Positions 49,590-60,160 are shown, counted from the stretch's first letter. The stretch: 64,000 nucleotides of DNA from Pyrodictiaceae archaeon (GCA_027036135.1 JALVSY010000030.1:1-64000); one strand, 5' to 3'. Program-made: numbers and translations. Notes: generated from the sequence alone by a model not told the origin.

Positions 49590-50590
49590 GCAAGCTTAGT
49601 TTCGCCTTTGTCCCTCTAAGCGGCTGTGGCGGGTGCGAGGTACAAGTTCTTCGCGCCTTCACCCTTCACCCGGAGCTAGAAGAACTCTACGATATAGTTT
49701 ATTGGCCCATGGTTGTTGAGACCACCGAGATCCCGGAGAAAGTTGACGTCGTGATGGTGGAGGGACTCGTCAGGACCAAGGAGAACCTCGAGAAGCTGCG
49801 AAAAGCGCGCTTCGCTGCCTCAAAACTAATAGTTGTTGGAAGCTGCGCTTCTTGGAGCGGTATCGGTGGCGCCGCCGACGCGCTCAGCGCGAGGCTCAGC
49901 ATGAAGGCGATATATGGGAGAGAACAGATAAATGAAGATGAGGCGCCCGAGATCCTGCCAAGAGTATTTGCTCCCTCGGACCTAGTTCCCGTCGACTACA
50001 TTATCTCCAGGTGCCCTCCACCCGTAGAGCATATAGTGATAACTCTCAAGGCCGTCGCAAAGGGCAAACCAGTACCCACGGCAACTAGCACTGTTTGCAG
50101 CCAGTGTCCGCGGAAGATGAAACCCATAGAGAAGCTCGAATTCAAGCCCGGGCTTCCGGGCCCCGATGCCGACCCAGAGACTTGTTTCCTTAGCCAGGGC
50201 TATCTCTGCCTAGGCTCTGTTACAACTGTTGGATGCGGTGCACCATGTCCACGCTTCGGTATACCATGTTTTGGCTGCGGTGGCCCACACTACGAGATTG
50301 CAGAGAGAAGAGATATGGATATCATTACCGCTCTTGCAAGGAAGATAGCGACATTGGCTGGGCTTGATCCAGTTAAGGATCTAGACATAGTGATTAAGAA
50401 GCTCCTAGAAGCGTACGATCCCAGGCGCTTCTATGTATTCACGCTGGGCTCTGAAGTGCTTAGGAGAAAGCCGCAAGGATACGCTGTACAAGCCATAGCA
50501 AGAAGCAAGCAGGATCCCAAGTACCGTAAGCTACTTGAGGAGAGGGCCAAGTTTGTTACCGAACAAAGTATTAACAGAAATGAGGAATAA
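49586..50590 (+). CDS. [NiFe] hydrogenase small subunit (group 3/MvhG-like)
   Basis: CGGC, GSC, CPP, CSQC, CF...CLG...C..CP...CFGC. Confidence 0.9.
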   Translation: MSKLSFAFVPLSGCGGCEVQVLRAFTLHPELEELYDIVYWPMVVETTEIPEKVDVVMVEGLVRTKENLEKLRKARFAASKLIVVGSCASWSGIGGAADALSARLSMKAIYGREQINEDEAPEILPRVFAPSDLVPVDYIISRCPPPVEHIVITLKAVAKGKPVPTATSTVCSQCPRKMKPIEKLEFKPGLPGPDADPETCFLSQGYLCLGSVTTVGCGAPCPRFGIPCFGCGGPHYEIAERRDMDIITALARKIATLAGLDPVKDLDIVIKKLLEAYDPRRFYVFTLGSEVLRRKPQGYAVQAIARSKQDPKYRKLLEERAKFVTEQSINRNEE

Positions 50591-50670
50591 GGCTTTGTTT
50601 ACTTCTTTTTCTTCTTTTAGCGCACACATATACGCGGCTTAGCATGGCCACTATTTAAGGGGGATGTGTA

Positions 50671-52128
50671 GTGGAGGAGAATAAGAACCTCGTAAAGGAA
50701 CATAGACGGCTACGCAGGGTCTTAATGACCCTTATCGAGGGCCACGCCTATGTTGTATTCAAGACGAATAAGGGTGTTGTTGAGGATGTCCTCTTCCAAG
50801 GCGTTGATACACGTATGTTCGAGACCATGTGGATAGGCATGCTGATCGATGAATTGCCACGAGTAACTCCAATGATTTGTGGTGTTTGTAGTGCAACTCA
50901 TCACGTGGCTAGCGTTAAGGCTGTTGACCAGGTAAAGGCTGTTGAGCCCCCGGAGGACGCTAAGCGGATAAGGTATATGATAAACTATGGTATTCACTTG
51001 AATAACCAGGCACTTCACCCGCTTGTATTCGGGCTGCCTGACTTCCTCCCCGCTGATATCGACAAAAGGAGTGTTCTCCAGCTGGCACGAGTCAGCCCCG
51101 AGCTCGTAAAGGCTGGAATGAGAATAGTTGAGCTCGGGTTCAAGATAGTTGAGGTCTTTGGGGGCAGGGATATTCATCCAATAAACGGCATCGCTGGCGG
51201 CGTAACAAGGAAACCAAGCAGCAGTGATATTGATAGGATTAAGAGCCTTGTAGAGAAGCACCGCGGAGACCTAAGGATATTCGTAGACGGAGCGATAAAG
51301 ATGATGGAGGAGGCTAAGGCTAAGATAGAGACTTATAAGCCGGGCTACTCCTATATGATGGCTATAGCTGGGCCGAATAACTCCTATAACATAGTTGATG
51401 GGAGGGTTAAGATAATAGACGCGAAGACAGGGGCCGAGGTAGCAGAGTTCTCTGATAGGAGCACAGAGTATCTCGAGCATATCCAGGAATACACGGTCCC
51501 GTATAGCTATATCCGAATGGTTACAACGAAGTGGAGAGCAAACGCTCCTAAGACAGGGGCTATCAACGTGGGTGCACTAGCTCGTGCTAACATAGTAAAA
51601 AGCTATGGCTCAGAGACAGCTGATGAACTTAGAGACAAGGCGTTCGAGGAATGGGGTAAGCCGTTAACACATCCATTAATGGCCACGTACATGAGGCTTG
51701 TAGAGACTGTTGCACTCTATGACATAATTAGCGAGGAGCTCAAGAAGCCGCTAGGCGATAAGCTACGCAATGAGCCGCAGAGGGAAACCGGCGAGGAAGT
51801 AGGTATAATAGAGGCGCCACGCGGAACACTAATCCATCACTACCGGGCCGAGAATACTAAAACCACGTTTATAAATATAATAACTCCTACTGCGATAAAT
51901 GCTGCCGCAATAGAAGCTGATCTAGGACAGTTCTTCAAGGATAAAAACATAGATTCTATGAGTGATAAAGAACTATACATGCATGCTGTATCAATCGTAA
52001 GAAGCTATGATCCATGCATGGCATGCGCAACACACGCTATGGATCCATCCCTGCGCTCATCGATCGCCATAGTGATAGCCGATAATAACTGGAAGCCGAA
52101 GAGGATAATTAAACCAGGAGGTGCTTAG
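50671..52128 (+). CDS. [NiFe] hydrogenase large subunit (group 3-like)
   Basis: IEGH, ICGVC, EAPRG, DPCMACATH plus a cleavable C-terminal extension. Confidence 0.92.
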   Translation: MEENKNLVKEHRRLRRVLMTLIEGHAYVVFKTNKGVVEDVLFQGVDTRMFETMWIGMLIDELPRVTPMICGVCSATHHVASVKAVDQVKAVEPPEDAKRIRYMINYGIHLNNQALHPLVFGLPDFLPADIDKRSVLQLARVSPELVKAGMRIVELGFKIVEVFGGRDIHPINGIAGGVTRKPSSSDIDRIKSLVEKHRGDLRIFVDGAIKMMEEAKAKIETYKPGYSYMMAIAGPNNSYNIVDGRVKIIDAKTGAEVAEFSDRSTEYLEHIQEYTVPYSYIRMVTTKWRANAPKTGAINVGALARANIVKSYGSETADELRDKAFEEWGKPLTHPLMATYMRLVETVALYDIISEELKKPLGDKLRNEPQRETGEEVGIIEAPRGTLIHHYRAENTKTTFINIITPTAINAAAIEADLGQFFKDKNIDSMSDKELYMHAVSIVRSYDPCMACATHAMDPSLRSSIAIVIADNNWKPKRIIKPGGA

Positions 52129-52131
52129 CCT

Positions 52132-52386
52132 ATGGTTAAGATAAGGATAGACCTTGATAAATGTAAGCAGTGTCTCAACTGTGTAAGGGCATGTACAGCA
52201 TTTGATGGCGTCTACGATGAAGGACCCGACGGATACCCGGTGGTGGCGAGACCCGAGGAATGCGTCCAATGTCTTATATGCCATACGGTATGCCCAACAA
52301 ATGCAATAATTCATGAGGATTATAGAGAGACTGTTATAATTAATCCAGACAAGGTTATAGTTGAGCGCTACCGGAATATGATATAG
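52132..52386 (+). CDS. 2x[4Fe-4S] ferredoxin
   Basis: CKQCLNCVRAC and CVQCLICHTVCP. Confidence 0.9.
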   Translation: MVKIRIDLDKCKQCLNCVRACTAFDGVYDEGPDGYPVVARPEECVQCLICHTVCPTNAIIHEDYRETVIINPDKVIVERYRNMI

Positions 52387-52573
52387 CTTTTAAGCTCTAT
52401 GGTATTTTTATATCCATAAAACACTACGTTGATACATATTAAAGCAATCATTTTAATAATAGAAAACGCTCATAGAGTTGCTTAGACATCTACGTCTAAA
52501 CACTTTTTGCCTTCCTTAATGTTTTAGAATAATTAGAGCTAAGGATGCTCTGCAAAGAACCTCCTTCGGGCAT

Positions 52574-53485
52574 ATGTGGTGGTGTATAAAGGTCTTGACC
52601 CTATCCCCCGAAGAATTGAAAAATTTTCTTATAGAACTAATACGCACAGCTGAGACAAGGCTCCCCGTTGATGTCTATGAGGCGCTGAAGCAAGCATATG
52701 AGGTAGAGGATAACCCTATTGCTAAGCAACACCTAGGCGCTATACTGAGGAATAGCGAGCTGGCAGCTAAGCTAGGTAAGCCTATTTGCCAAGACACCGG
52801 TACCCCGGTATTCTATGCAGAGATGGGGGCTGATTTCCCGCTCCGCTCAGAGTTCTACGACATCGCACGCGAAGCTGTACGGGAGGCCACTAAGCTTGTG
52901 CCCCTGAGGCCAAACGCCGTCGATCCATTCAAGAAGAAGAATACCGGTGACAATACTGGCAGATTCGTTCCTTGGTTCGAGGTAGAGATCGTACCAGGCA
53001 GCGACCTCAAGGTGACATTTGTTGCCAAGGGTGGGGGAAGCGAGGCGCCCTCAACGCTGCGCATGGGACTCCCCATAAGGGGTGTAAGGAATGTCTGGGA
53101 GACAGTGCTCCAAGCCATTGTTGAGGCTGGGCCTAAGCCATGCCCACCAGTAATTGTTGGTGTTGGTGTTGCTGCACTAAGCGACCAGGCAATGGCTCTG
53201 GCCAAGAGAGCTGCACTACTAAGACCTATTGGCGATAGGCACCCAGACCCAGAGATAGCCAGGCTCGAGGAAGAGATGCTTAAGGCCGTTAACGAGCTCG
53301 GTATCGGTGTCCACGGCTTCGGAGGCAAGGTCACTGCGCTGGATCTACACATAGAGTATGCCCACCGGCACCCAGCGACCTACGCCGTGGCTGTCGCGAC
53401 TAATTGCTGGGCGATGCGCCGCGCAACCGGGTACATAACGAGTGAGGGCAAGTGGGAGATCATATCCAAGCACATAACAGGGTAA
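52574..53485 (+). CDS. Class I fumarate hydratase / tartrate dehydratase alpha subunit
   Basis: PICQDTG, KGGGSE, PCPP, NCWA. Confidence 0.92.
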   Translation: MWWCIKVLTLSPEELKNFLIELIRTAETRLPVDVYEALKQAYEVEDNPIAKQHLGAILRNSELAAKLGKPICQDTGTPVFYAEMGADFPLRSEFYDIAREAVREATKLVPLRPNAVDPFKKKNTGDNTGRFVPWFEVEIVPGSDLKVTFVAKGGGSEAPSTLRMGLPIRGVRNVWETVLQAIVEAGPKPCPPVIVGVGVAALSDQAMALAKRAALLRPIGDRHPDPEIARLEEEMLKAVNELGIGVHGFGGKVTALDLHIEYAHRHPATYAVAVATNCWAMRRATGYITSEGKWEIISKHITG

Positions 53486-53514
53486 CCCGTGTCTCATATG
53501 GAGGTGAGTCCTAG

Positions 53515-54117
53515 ATGACAAACGTGTATCATCTACGTACCCCTCTCTCTGAGAAGGATGTTAGGAAGCTACGAGTAGGCGACACAGTGTATCTCTCCGG
53601 CCTAATATTCACGGCAAGAGACGCTGCGCACCGGAAGATACTTGACCTCATAAACCATGGCGAGAAACTACCCTTTGACCCAAGAGGACTAGCCGTATAC
53701 CACGTGGGCCCAGTTGTTAGGAGGAAGAACGGGGAATGGGAAGTAATAGCCGCTGGGCCAACGACTAGCGCGAGACTTGAGCCAGTCGAGCACGAGTTCA
53801 TAGCAAAGACAGGGGTAAGAATGATTATAGGCAAGGGCGGAATGGGCGCAAAGACAGCCGAGGCCTGTAAGAAGTACGGAGCAGTATACGCAGTGTTCAC
53901 CGGAGGCGCAGCAGTACTCGCCGCACAAGCAATCAAGAGAGTAGTAGACGTGTACTGGCTAGACGAGCTAGGCATACCAGAGGCTGTGTGGCTCTTCGAG
54001 GTAGAAGAGTTTGGTCCACTAACAGTAACGATAGACGCTACTGGCAAGAACCTATACGACGAGATACTGGAAAGAGCTAAGAGGAAAGCACAAGAAATAC
54101 TCTCAAGACTATCATAA
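53515..54117 (+). CDS. Class I fumarate hydratase / tartrate dehydratase beta subunit
   Basis: TARDAAH, GPTTSAR, IGKGGM. Confidence 0.92.
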   Translation: MTNVYHLRTPLSEKDVRKLRVGDTVYLSGLIFTARDAAHRKILDLINHGEKLPFDPRGLAVYHVGPVVRRKNGEWEVIAAGPTTSARLEPVEHEFIAKTGVRMIIGKGGMGAKTAEACKKYGAVYAVFTGGAAVLAAQAIKRVVDVYWLDELGIPEAVWLFEVEEFGPLTVTIDATGKNLYDEILERAKRKAQEILSRLS

Positions 54118-54205
54118 TTCTTTCTATGGAGATTCCAATAAAATATAATATTTTGAATAATTATGATAGAATATTTTGGAATAAAAATACGTGGCTTTAC
54201 CCAAG

Positions 54206-55138
54206 TTACTCTTTCAGCCACTCCTCTTTGAAATCTATATCGACTGGCTCCCTTGCCTGTTGCTCCGGGTCTACGCCTGGTAGCAAGTTGTGCTTTGGAT
54301 ACTCTGCTTTCACTTGTCTTAACGGTTTCTCGAGAGGCCCGGCTACTGGGCTTACTTTCTTCTTCCGCCATAGCTTGAGTCCATGTAGCAATGCTATGCG
54401 TCTTAGCTTCTGTATAGCCCCGGCAGGATCCACAGCCTTTGGACAGACAGCACTACAGCTGGCTGCAAAGTGGCAAGCAAAGCATCCATCCGCATTAGCT
54501 ACTATCGCTAGCCGTTTATCAGCTCCCGCATCACGGACATCAACTATGAAGCGATAGGCTTGTGTGAGAGCTTGAGGGCCAAGATACTTCTTGTTAGAGT
54601 TGAATACCGGGCAAGCAGCGTTACATAAGCCACACATTATACATAGACTATACTGATATATTTGAAGATGCTCCTCCGGGTACATTATGAACTCGTACTT
54701 AGCGTCATCAACTTCTTTTTTATCACGCCTAATTATGTATGGCATTATCCTTCTATGATTTTCTATGAGCCTAGTCATATCGACTATAAGGTCACGTACC
54801 ACGGGATACCCAGGAAGAGGCGCTATCTCAATAACATTGCTATGATTTTCTTCTAGGAGTTTAAGTACTTGTGTCTGACAAGCTAGTCTTGGCATACCGT
54901 TTATGAGCATACCACAGCTTCCGCAAACACCCATTCTACAACTATACCTCATTGATAATGTAGGATCAAGGTTCTCTTTTATCCATATCAGTGCATCAAG
55001 TACAGTAAGGCCACGGTACACTGGTACCTTGTATTCCTGTATCCACTTCTTCTTGGTCTCCGGGTTGTATCGATGAACCCGGAATACAGCTTCTTTGTGG
55101 CTAGGTATATTGGAGGCCATAGAGCCTTCACCAACCAA
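54206..55138 (-). CDS. sdhB: Succinate dehydrogenase/fumarate reductase Fe-S subunit
   Basis: CRMGVCGSC, LAC, CIMCGLCNAACP, CHFAASCSAVCP. Probable start ATG at 55120. Confidence 0.95.
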   Translation of the reverse strand: MVGEGSMASNIPSHKEAVFRVHRYNPETKKKWIQEYKVPVYRGLTVLDALIWIKENLDPTLSMRYSCRMGVCGSCGMLINGMPRLACQTQVLKLLEENHSNVIEIAPLPGYPVVRDLIVDMTRLIENHRRIMPYIIRRDKKEVDDAKYEFIMYPEEHLQIYQYSLCIMCGLCNAACPVFNSNKKYLGPQALTQAYRFIVDVRDAGADKRLAIVANADGCFACHFAASCSAVCPKAVDPAGAIQKLRRIALLHGLKLWRKKKVSPVAGPLEKPLRQVKAEYPKHNLLPGVDPEQQAREPVDIDFKEEWLKE

Positions 55139-55451
55139 AGGATCTTATTAAGCCTACTCCGCCAACCCATAGAACCGTTATTAATAGAATCCAGTAAACG
55201 ATCTCAGTGAATATTCTGCCAGCCTTGCCAGATACATAGTCGTACATAACTGAGCGAAAGCCCTCAAGGCCGTGATATGATGCGAATATGAGGAGGAGCC
55301 ATAGTACTGGTGACCGAGGGGGCTGCTGAATAGACCATGATGATGGTACATGATGCTCTAATAGGTGCAGAGGCAGGATTATTATTAGCAATAGCGCGAA
55401 TATGTATCTAAGGTTTTGCCTTATGGTTTCAAGCGTGGACATCAGAGTCAC
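55128..55451 (-). CDS. sdhD: SDH/FRD membrane anchor (SdhD-like)
   Basis: Three TMs, YHGLEGFRSVMYDY. Confidence 0.75.
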   Translation of the reverse strand: MTLMSTLETIRQNLRYIFALLLIIILPLHLLEHHVPSSWSIQQPPRSPVLWLLLIFASYHGLEGFRSVMYDYVSGKAGRIFTEIVYWILLITVLWVGGVGLIRSFGW

Positions 55452-55460
55452 CCCTCTATG

Positions 55461-55859
55461 CTACGGATAAGCTATTAATATATATGTATATATTGATATA
55501 AATAATATAGCCAATATTATTAGTACGTGTTGGAGTACTCGTTGCTTTGCACGAAGCGTTCCAGAAATATATGGCGGCTTCGGTAGCTCTGGCTTACCTA
55601 TAGCCAGGCCAAGGTACTCTGTTATTATTAGGCGTATACCATTAAGTCCATGTATACTAGCAACAGCTATCACAATAAACCTAATTATCTTTGACGAAAT
55701 TATATAAGATGATAAAGAAGCAAAACTAGTATATCCAGCAAATACAGCACCCATGCTTATTACGTGTATAAGGAAGTAGGCGAGAAGGATTAGGCCAGTA
55801 ACTCTGTGTAAGTAAAATGCAAGCCTCTCAGGATTATTCCTTATACTAACTCTTCCCAC
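55461..55859 (-). CDS. sdhC: SDH/FRD cytochrome b subunit
   Basis: LHRVTG, HV, HGLNGIRLI. Confidence 0.85.
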   Translation of the reverse strand: MGRVSIRNNPERLAFYLHRVTGLILLAYFLIHVISMGAVFAGYTSFASLSSYIISSKIIRFIVIAVASIHGLNGIRLIITEYLGLAIGKPELPKPPYISGTLRAKQRVLQHVLIILAILFISIYTYILIAYP

Positions 55860-55938
55860 ACAAGTTCACCTCCTATATCCTACTCATGGGCCCGCTAACT
55901 AGATGCAAGGATTGCATTATTGAGGGAAAAGGTAAATC

Positions 55939-57777
55939 TTAGTACTTCCTCGCTATTGGCTTCCATGTCGTTATTCTCACCGGAGTATATGTCACTTCTA
56001 GTCCTCCATTAGAAGTCATATATACCAACGTATGCTTGAGCCAGTTGTCATCGTCTCTCTTAGGATAGTCTATACGATAATGGGCACCACGGCTTTCCGT
56101 CCTTAGCAACGCTCCATAGATGACTGTATAGGCAACGTCAACCATGTTCTGGGTTTCGAGAACCGTTATCAAGTCCGTGTTATAGATTCTTGACTTATCG
56201 CTCGGATACACATTCCTCATTTCCTTTCTTAGCTCAAGTGTAGTCTGTAAAGCCTTCTTGAGGCCGCTTTCGTCGCGGAACACATACACATACTTATCCA
56301 TCGTCTCTCTAAGCTTAGCACGTACTTCGTAAACAGTCACAGAGCCAGACTCGTGCTTTAATAGTTCATCAAAGATACGTTTCTCCTCTTTCTCTATTAG
56401 CTTCTCGCTGGGCTTTGGCTCTGGAGCTCCCTGTTCTTTAAGCTTCATCACATACTGTGCCGCTTGTCTCCCAGCAATCCTGCCACTTACAAGGCACTCA
56501 GCTGTACTGTTCGATCCAAGCCTATTAGCGCCGTGTACGCTAGCACACGAGACCTCGCCAGCCGCCCATAAGCCTTTTACCCACTTGTCCTCAATGTTTA
56601 AGACCCTATAGTACTTATCAGTGTGTATCCCGCCCATCGAGTAATGAGCCACAGGCCTTACAGGTATTGGTTCGGAGACAGGGTCTATTCCTGCATGCTT
56701 TATAGCTATCTCTCTTACCGCTGGTAAGCGCTCATTTATACGCTCTTCACCTAGGTGTCTTAAGTCGAGGAGAACGTATTCAAGGCCGCTTACCGGGTCT
56801 TTAAATCCGCGGCCCTCGAGTATCTCGGTCATCTCTGCGCGTGATACAACGTCGCGTGGGGCGAGCTCCATTTTCTCTGGAGCATATTTCTTCATGAATC
56901 GTTCTCCGTTCTTATTAATTAGGTAGCCACCCTCACCTCTGGCACCCTCTGTTATCAGTATTCCGCTAGGTACAAGACCTGTTGGGTGGAACTGTATAAA
57001 CTCCATATCCTTGAGGGGTATGCCGGCTCGGAGAGCCATTGCCTGACCATCGCCGGTAACTGTGTGAGAATAAGTAGTAAATTTGTAAATACGGCCAACG
57101 CCACCAGTTGCTATTATTCCTGCACGTGCGCGGAATACAAGAAACTCTCCAGTCTTCATATCTATTGCCGTAACGCCCTTAAACTCGTTGTCTTCAATCA
57201 AAATACTTGTCACATAGACCTCGTCGTAACGATCCCAATTATCATAGCCTACTAACCTGCTATAGAGCGTCTGCATTTCAAAGAAGCCGGTCTTATCTGC
57301 TGCAAAGCATGCCCTGGGGAAGCTGTGGCCTCCGAAAGGCCTTTGTGCTATCCTGCCATCGGGGCGGCGGCTCCAGGGCATACCCCAGCGCTCAAGCTGC
57401 CTTATCTCCTCGGGGAGGAGCTTTACCATGAGCCATACGGCATCCTGGTCAGCAAGGAAGTCAGCACCCTTAATAGTGTCCCATGCGTGGAGAGCGAAGC
57501 TATCACCTTCCTCAGGGTAGAGAACAGCTGCCGTTCCACCCTCCGCGGCTACACTATGACTACGCATTAATTGTATCTTGCTTATGAGCGCAAGGCTAAC
57601 CTTGTCCCCAAATGTCCTCTTAACCTCGAGGGCTGCACGTAGCCCAGCTATACCCGAGCCTACTATCACGATATCGTAGTAAAGGGTGTCTGTCAAAACT
57701 ATACGCCTCACATTAAGCCGCGAAGCGCCTAAGGCTCTTTTCTCTCCAGGTTTCAAAATCCCTACGGTGAGGTACAT
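55939..57777 (-). CDS. sdhA: SDH/FRD flavoprotein subunit
   Basis: [34 protein letters not shown]. True start probably near 57695. Confidence 0.95.
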   Translation of the reverse strand: MYLTVGILKPGEKRALGASRLNVRRIVLTDTLYYDIVIVGSGIAGLRAALEVKRTFGDKVSLALISKIQLMRSHSVAAEGGTAAVLYPEEGDSFALHAWDTIKGADFLADQDAVWLMVKLLPEEIRQLERWGMPWSRRPDGRIAQRPFGGHSFPRACFAADKTGFFEMQTLYSRLVGYDNWDRYDEVYVTSILIEDNEFKGVTAIDMKTGEFLVFRARAGIIATGGVGRIYKFTTYSHTVTGDGQAMALRAGIPLKDMEFIQFHPTGLVPSGILITEGARGEGGYLINKNGERFMKKYAPEKMELAPRDVVSRAEMTEILEGRGFKDPVSGLEYVLLDLRHLGEERINERLPAVREIAIKHAGIDPVSEPIPVRPVAHYSMGGIHTDKYYRVLNIEDKWVKGLWAAGEVSCASVHGANRLGSNSTAECLVSGRIAGRQAAQYVMKLKEQGAPEPKPSEKLIEKEEKRIFDELLKHESGSVTVYEVRAKLRETMDKYVYVFRDESGLKKALQTTLELRKEMRNVYPSDKSRIYNTDLITVLETQNMVDVAYTVIYGALLRTESRGAHYRIDYPKRDDDNWLKHTLVYMTSNGGLEVTYTPVRITTWKPIARKY

Positions 57778-57941
57778 TAAGCGTATTGGCTGTTAAACTG
57801 GCTAATCTTCATATAGATTACACTACAAAAACAAGCTATAATTGATAATAATACTTATTTATAGATTAAATTATTCTTTACTGAACCCCTACAGCATAAA
57901 GACCTTGCAGAGGCTGTATAGGCGTAGCGGTAAGGAGCGTT

Positions 57942-59135
57942 ATGGCGAACAATACATGCCCCGAGAAACTCGTAGTAATAGGTGGCGGGTTCGTAGGGCT
58001 TCATAGCGCTGTTCATGCAGCAAAGAAGGGCATAGATGTACTAGTCATAGATATTAGCGAGGACGTTGTCCGGAGAATAAACTCTGGCAACAGGGACGCG
58101 CTACACATACGTGAACCATATATACTTGATAACTGGGATAGCGTCAAGGCACGCATCCATGCGACAACAGAGTATAGCGAGGCCAAGGGCTCGCGCTACT
58201 TCATAGTCGCTGTCCAGACCCCGCGGAAAGGAGAAGTAATAGATTACTCGCCGCTGCTAAGCGTCGCGAAAAGCCTAGCACCCTACCTAGCACGAGGCTC
58301 ACTCATCGTATCAGAGGTCACGATTTATCCCGGAGGCACCATGGAGCTCCTCGCCAAGCCACTGAGCAAAGCTACAGGGTTCAAGCTCGACGAGGAACTA
58401 CTTGTAGCCCATGTCCCCGAGAGGCTAAACGCTGGCTCTACCAAATGGACGCCAGAGAACATACCTCGTGTGATCGGGGGCATAGGGCCCCGGAGCCTAG
58501 AGGCAGCAATAAGGCTCTACAGAGACTGTCTAGGCGCACCAGTTCACCCCGTCCACGATATACGTGTCGCAGAGGCCTCAAAGCTCCTCGAGAACAGCTT
58601 TAGGTTACTCAATATCTCGTTCATTAATGAGCTTAAGAGAGCATTTGACAGGATAGGGTTAGACATAAAAGAGGTAGTGAGGGCTGCCTCTACTAAACCC
58701 TTCGGCTACATGCCGTTCTACCCAGGCCCCTATGCAGGGGGAGCATGCTTGCCAAAGGATGCCTTCATGCTAGAGACAAAGACCGATTCACTCCTCCTAA
58801 GAATAGCCCGCTACATAAACGAGACACAGCCGCTCTACTACGCAGCACTACTTCTCAAGAAGATACGGAGGCAGGGTGCAAGGAAGATATTATTCTATGG
58901 GCTAGGATTTAAGCCGAACTCGCCATATCCCATTGAGAGCCCAGTGCTACGGGTGATTGAGGAGCTGAAACAATTAGACCCAGGGCTTGATATAAGGAGG
59001 TTTGATCCCCAGATTCCTTGGTTAAGTGACTTCAGAGAAGAGGAAGAGGCTATAAGCTGGGCTGACCTAGTTATACGCTGGGGCTATAAAGATAAGCAAC
59101 TAGGAACAAATGTAGTGGAGCTCGAAGACTTGTAG
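57942..59135 (+). CDS. Nucleotide-sugar dehydrogenase (UDP-glucose/GDP-mannose/UDP-ManNAc family)
   Basis: GGGFVG, PERL, KLLEN, GGACLPKD. Confidence 0.88.
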   Translation: MANNTCPEKLVVIGGGFVGLHSAVHAAKKGIDVLVIDISEDVVRRINSGNRDALHIREPYILDNWDSVKARIHATTEYSEAKGSRYFIVAVQTPRKGEVIDYSPLLSVAKSLAPYLARGSLIVSEVTIYPGGTMELLAKPLSKATGFKLDEELLVAHVPERLNAGSTKWTPENIPRVIGGIGPRSLEAAIRLYRDCLGAPVHPVHDIRVAEASKLLENSFRLLNISFINELKRAFDRIGLDIKEVVRAASTKPFGYMPFYPGPYAGGACLPKDAFMLETKTDSLLLRIARYINETQPLYYAALLLKKIRRQGARKILFYGLGFKPNSPYPIESPVLRVIEELKQLDPGLDIRRFDPQIPWLSDFREEEEAISWADLVIRWGYKDKQLGTNVVELEDL

Positions 59136-59173
59136 TGCTCTACTCGCGGGCTATGTGAAGGGGAAGATCTTTC

Positions 59174-60157
59174 TTGGCCAAGAAGGTATTGTTGACTGCT
59201 GCACCTGGCGGGCACTCTGGCTATGCCTATGCGATAGCATATTATCTACGGAGCCACGGTATTGAGCTTGTCTTCATAGTAGCTCAGCACGATAAGTGGG
59301 CTCCTAGGAAGCTAGAGAGGCTAGGAGAAGTAATCCGTATACCTATGCCACGTTTACCCGGCGAGCCCCTCTACTGGACGCTTCATAGGTGGCCAGCAGC
59401 TTTTCTAAGAGCCATGCGGGTAGTCAAGAAGGAGTACCGGGTACTCGTTAGCTGTGGAGCCAACCTGAGCATAGCCCCGGGAGTAGCCGCGAAGACTAAG
59501 GGACTTAGGCTAGTTAATGTCGAGAGTATTGTGAGGCTCAGCACGCCCGGGCGTACGCCAAGACTGCTACACCGCTTGGCCGACAAAACCCTGGTCCATT
59601 GGCCTGAACAAGCCAAGCTTCTCCCAGGAGCGGAAGTAGTTGGCCCGATATACGAGCCGCCGAGATATAAGCCTAGAGACGAGGGCTACATCCTAGTCAC
59701 AACGGGCACCATGGGGCATAAGGCTCTCTTTGACGCATTATCCAAGCTAGGCCTACGCAACATTGTCTTGCAGACGGGGCGAGTAGACCCGGAGCCTTAT
59801 CACAGAAAGAACCCTACGTGGCGCGTCTTCCGCTTCGACCCCGACCTCGATAAATGGATAGCTAGGGCTAGTCTTGTAATAACACACTTCCCGGGAATGA
59901 CCTCCGCTACAGCAGCACTCGCATATAATAAGCCAGTTATACTTGTAGCAGCTCCTCATCTGAGACTCTCGGCACCTCAGCGAGACGGACCCCTCTATGC
60001 CGAGAAAATAGGCGCCATTTACCTATCAGAGGTGTCCCCGAAGAGCCTTATGGAAGCAATAGAGAAGGCAGAGGGTCTAGAGCCTAAGCGTCTCGATAAC
60101 GGGGCTAAGAGGGCAGCGGAGATAATAACAAGGATATATTCCGGTAAAGAGGACTAG
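59174..60157 (+). CDS. Fused Alg14/Alg13-like GlcNAc transferase (Agl24-like)
   Basis: PGGH, NVESIVR, VHWPEQ, ILVTTGTMGH, LQTG, ITH. Confidence 0.7.
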   Translation: MAKKVLLTAAPGGHSGYAYAIAYYLRSHGIELVFIVAQHDKWAPRKLERLGEVIRIPMPRLPGEPLYWTLHRWPAAFLRAMRVVKKEYRVLVSCGANLSIAPGVAAKTKGLRLVNVESIVRLSTPGRTPRLLHRLADKTLVHWPEQAKLLPGAEVVGPIYEPPRYKPRDEGYILVTTGTMGHKALFDALSKLGLRNIVLQTGRVDPEPYHRKNPTWRVFRFDPDLDKWIARASLVITHFPGMTSATAALAYNKPVILVAAPHLRLSAPQRDGPLYAEKIGAIYLSEVSPKSLMEAIEKAEGLEPKRLDNGAKRAAEIITRIYSGKED

Positions 60158-60160
60158 GCC

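Noticed and set aside
53529-54557. Long antisense ORFs (53529-54371, 54126-54557) and similar shadow ORFs elsewhere
   Set aside because: They overlap well-supported genes on the opposite strand and show no motifs.
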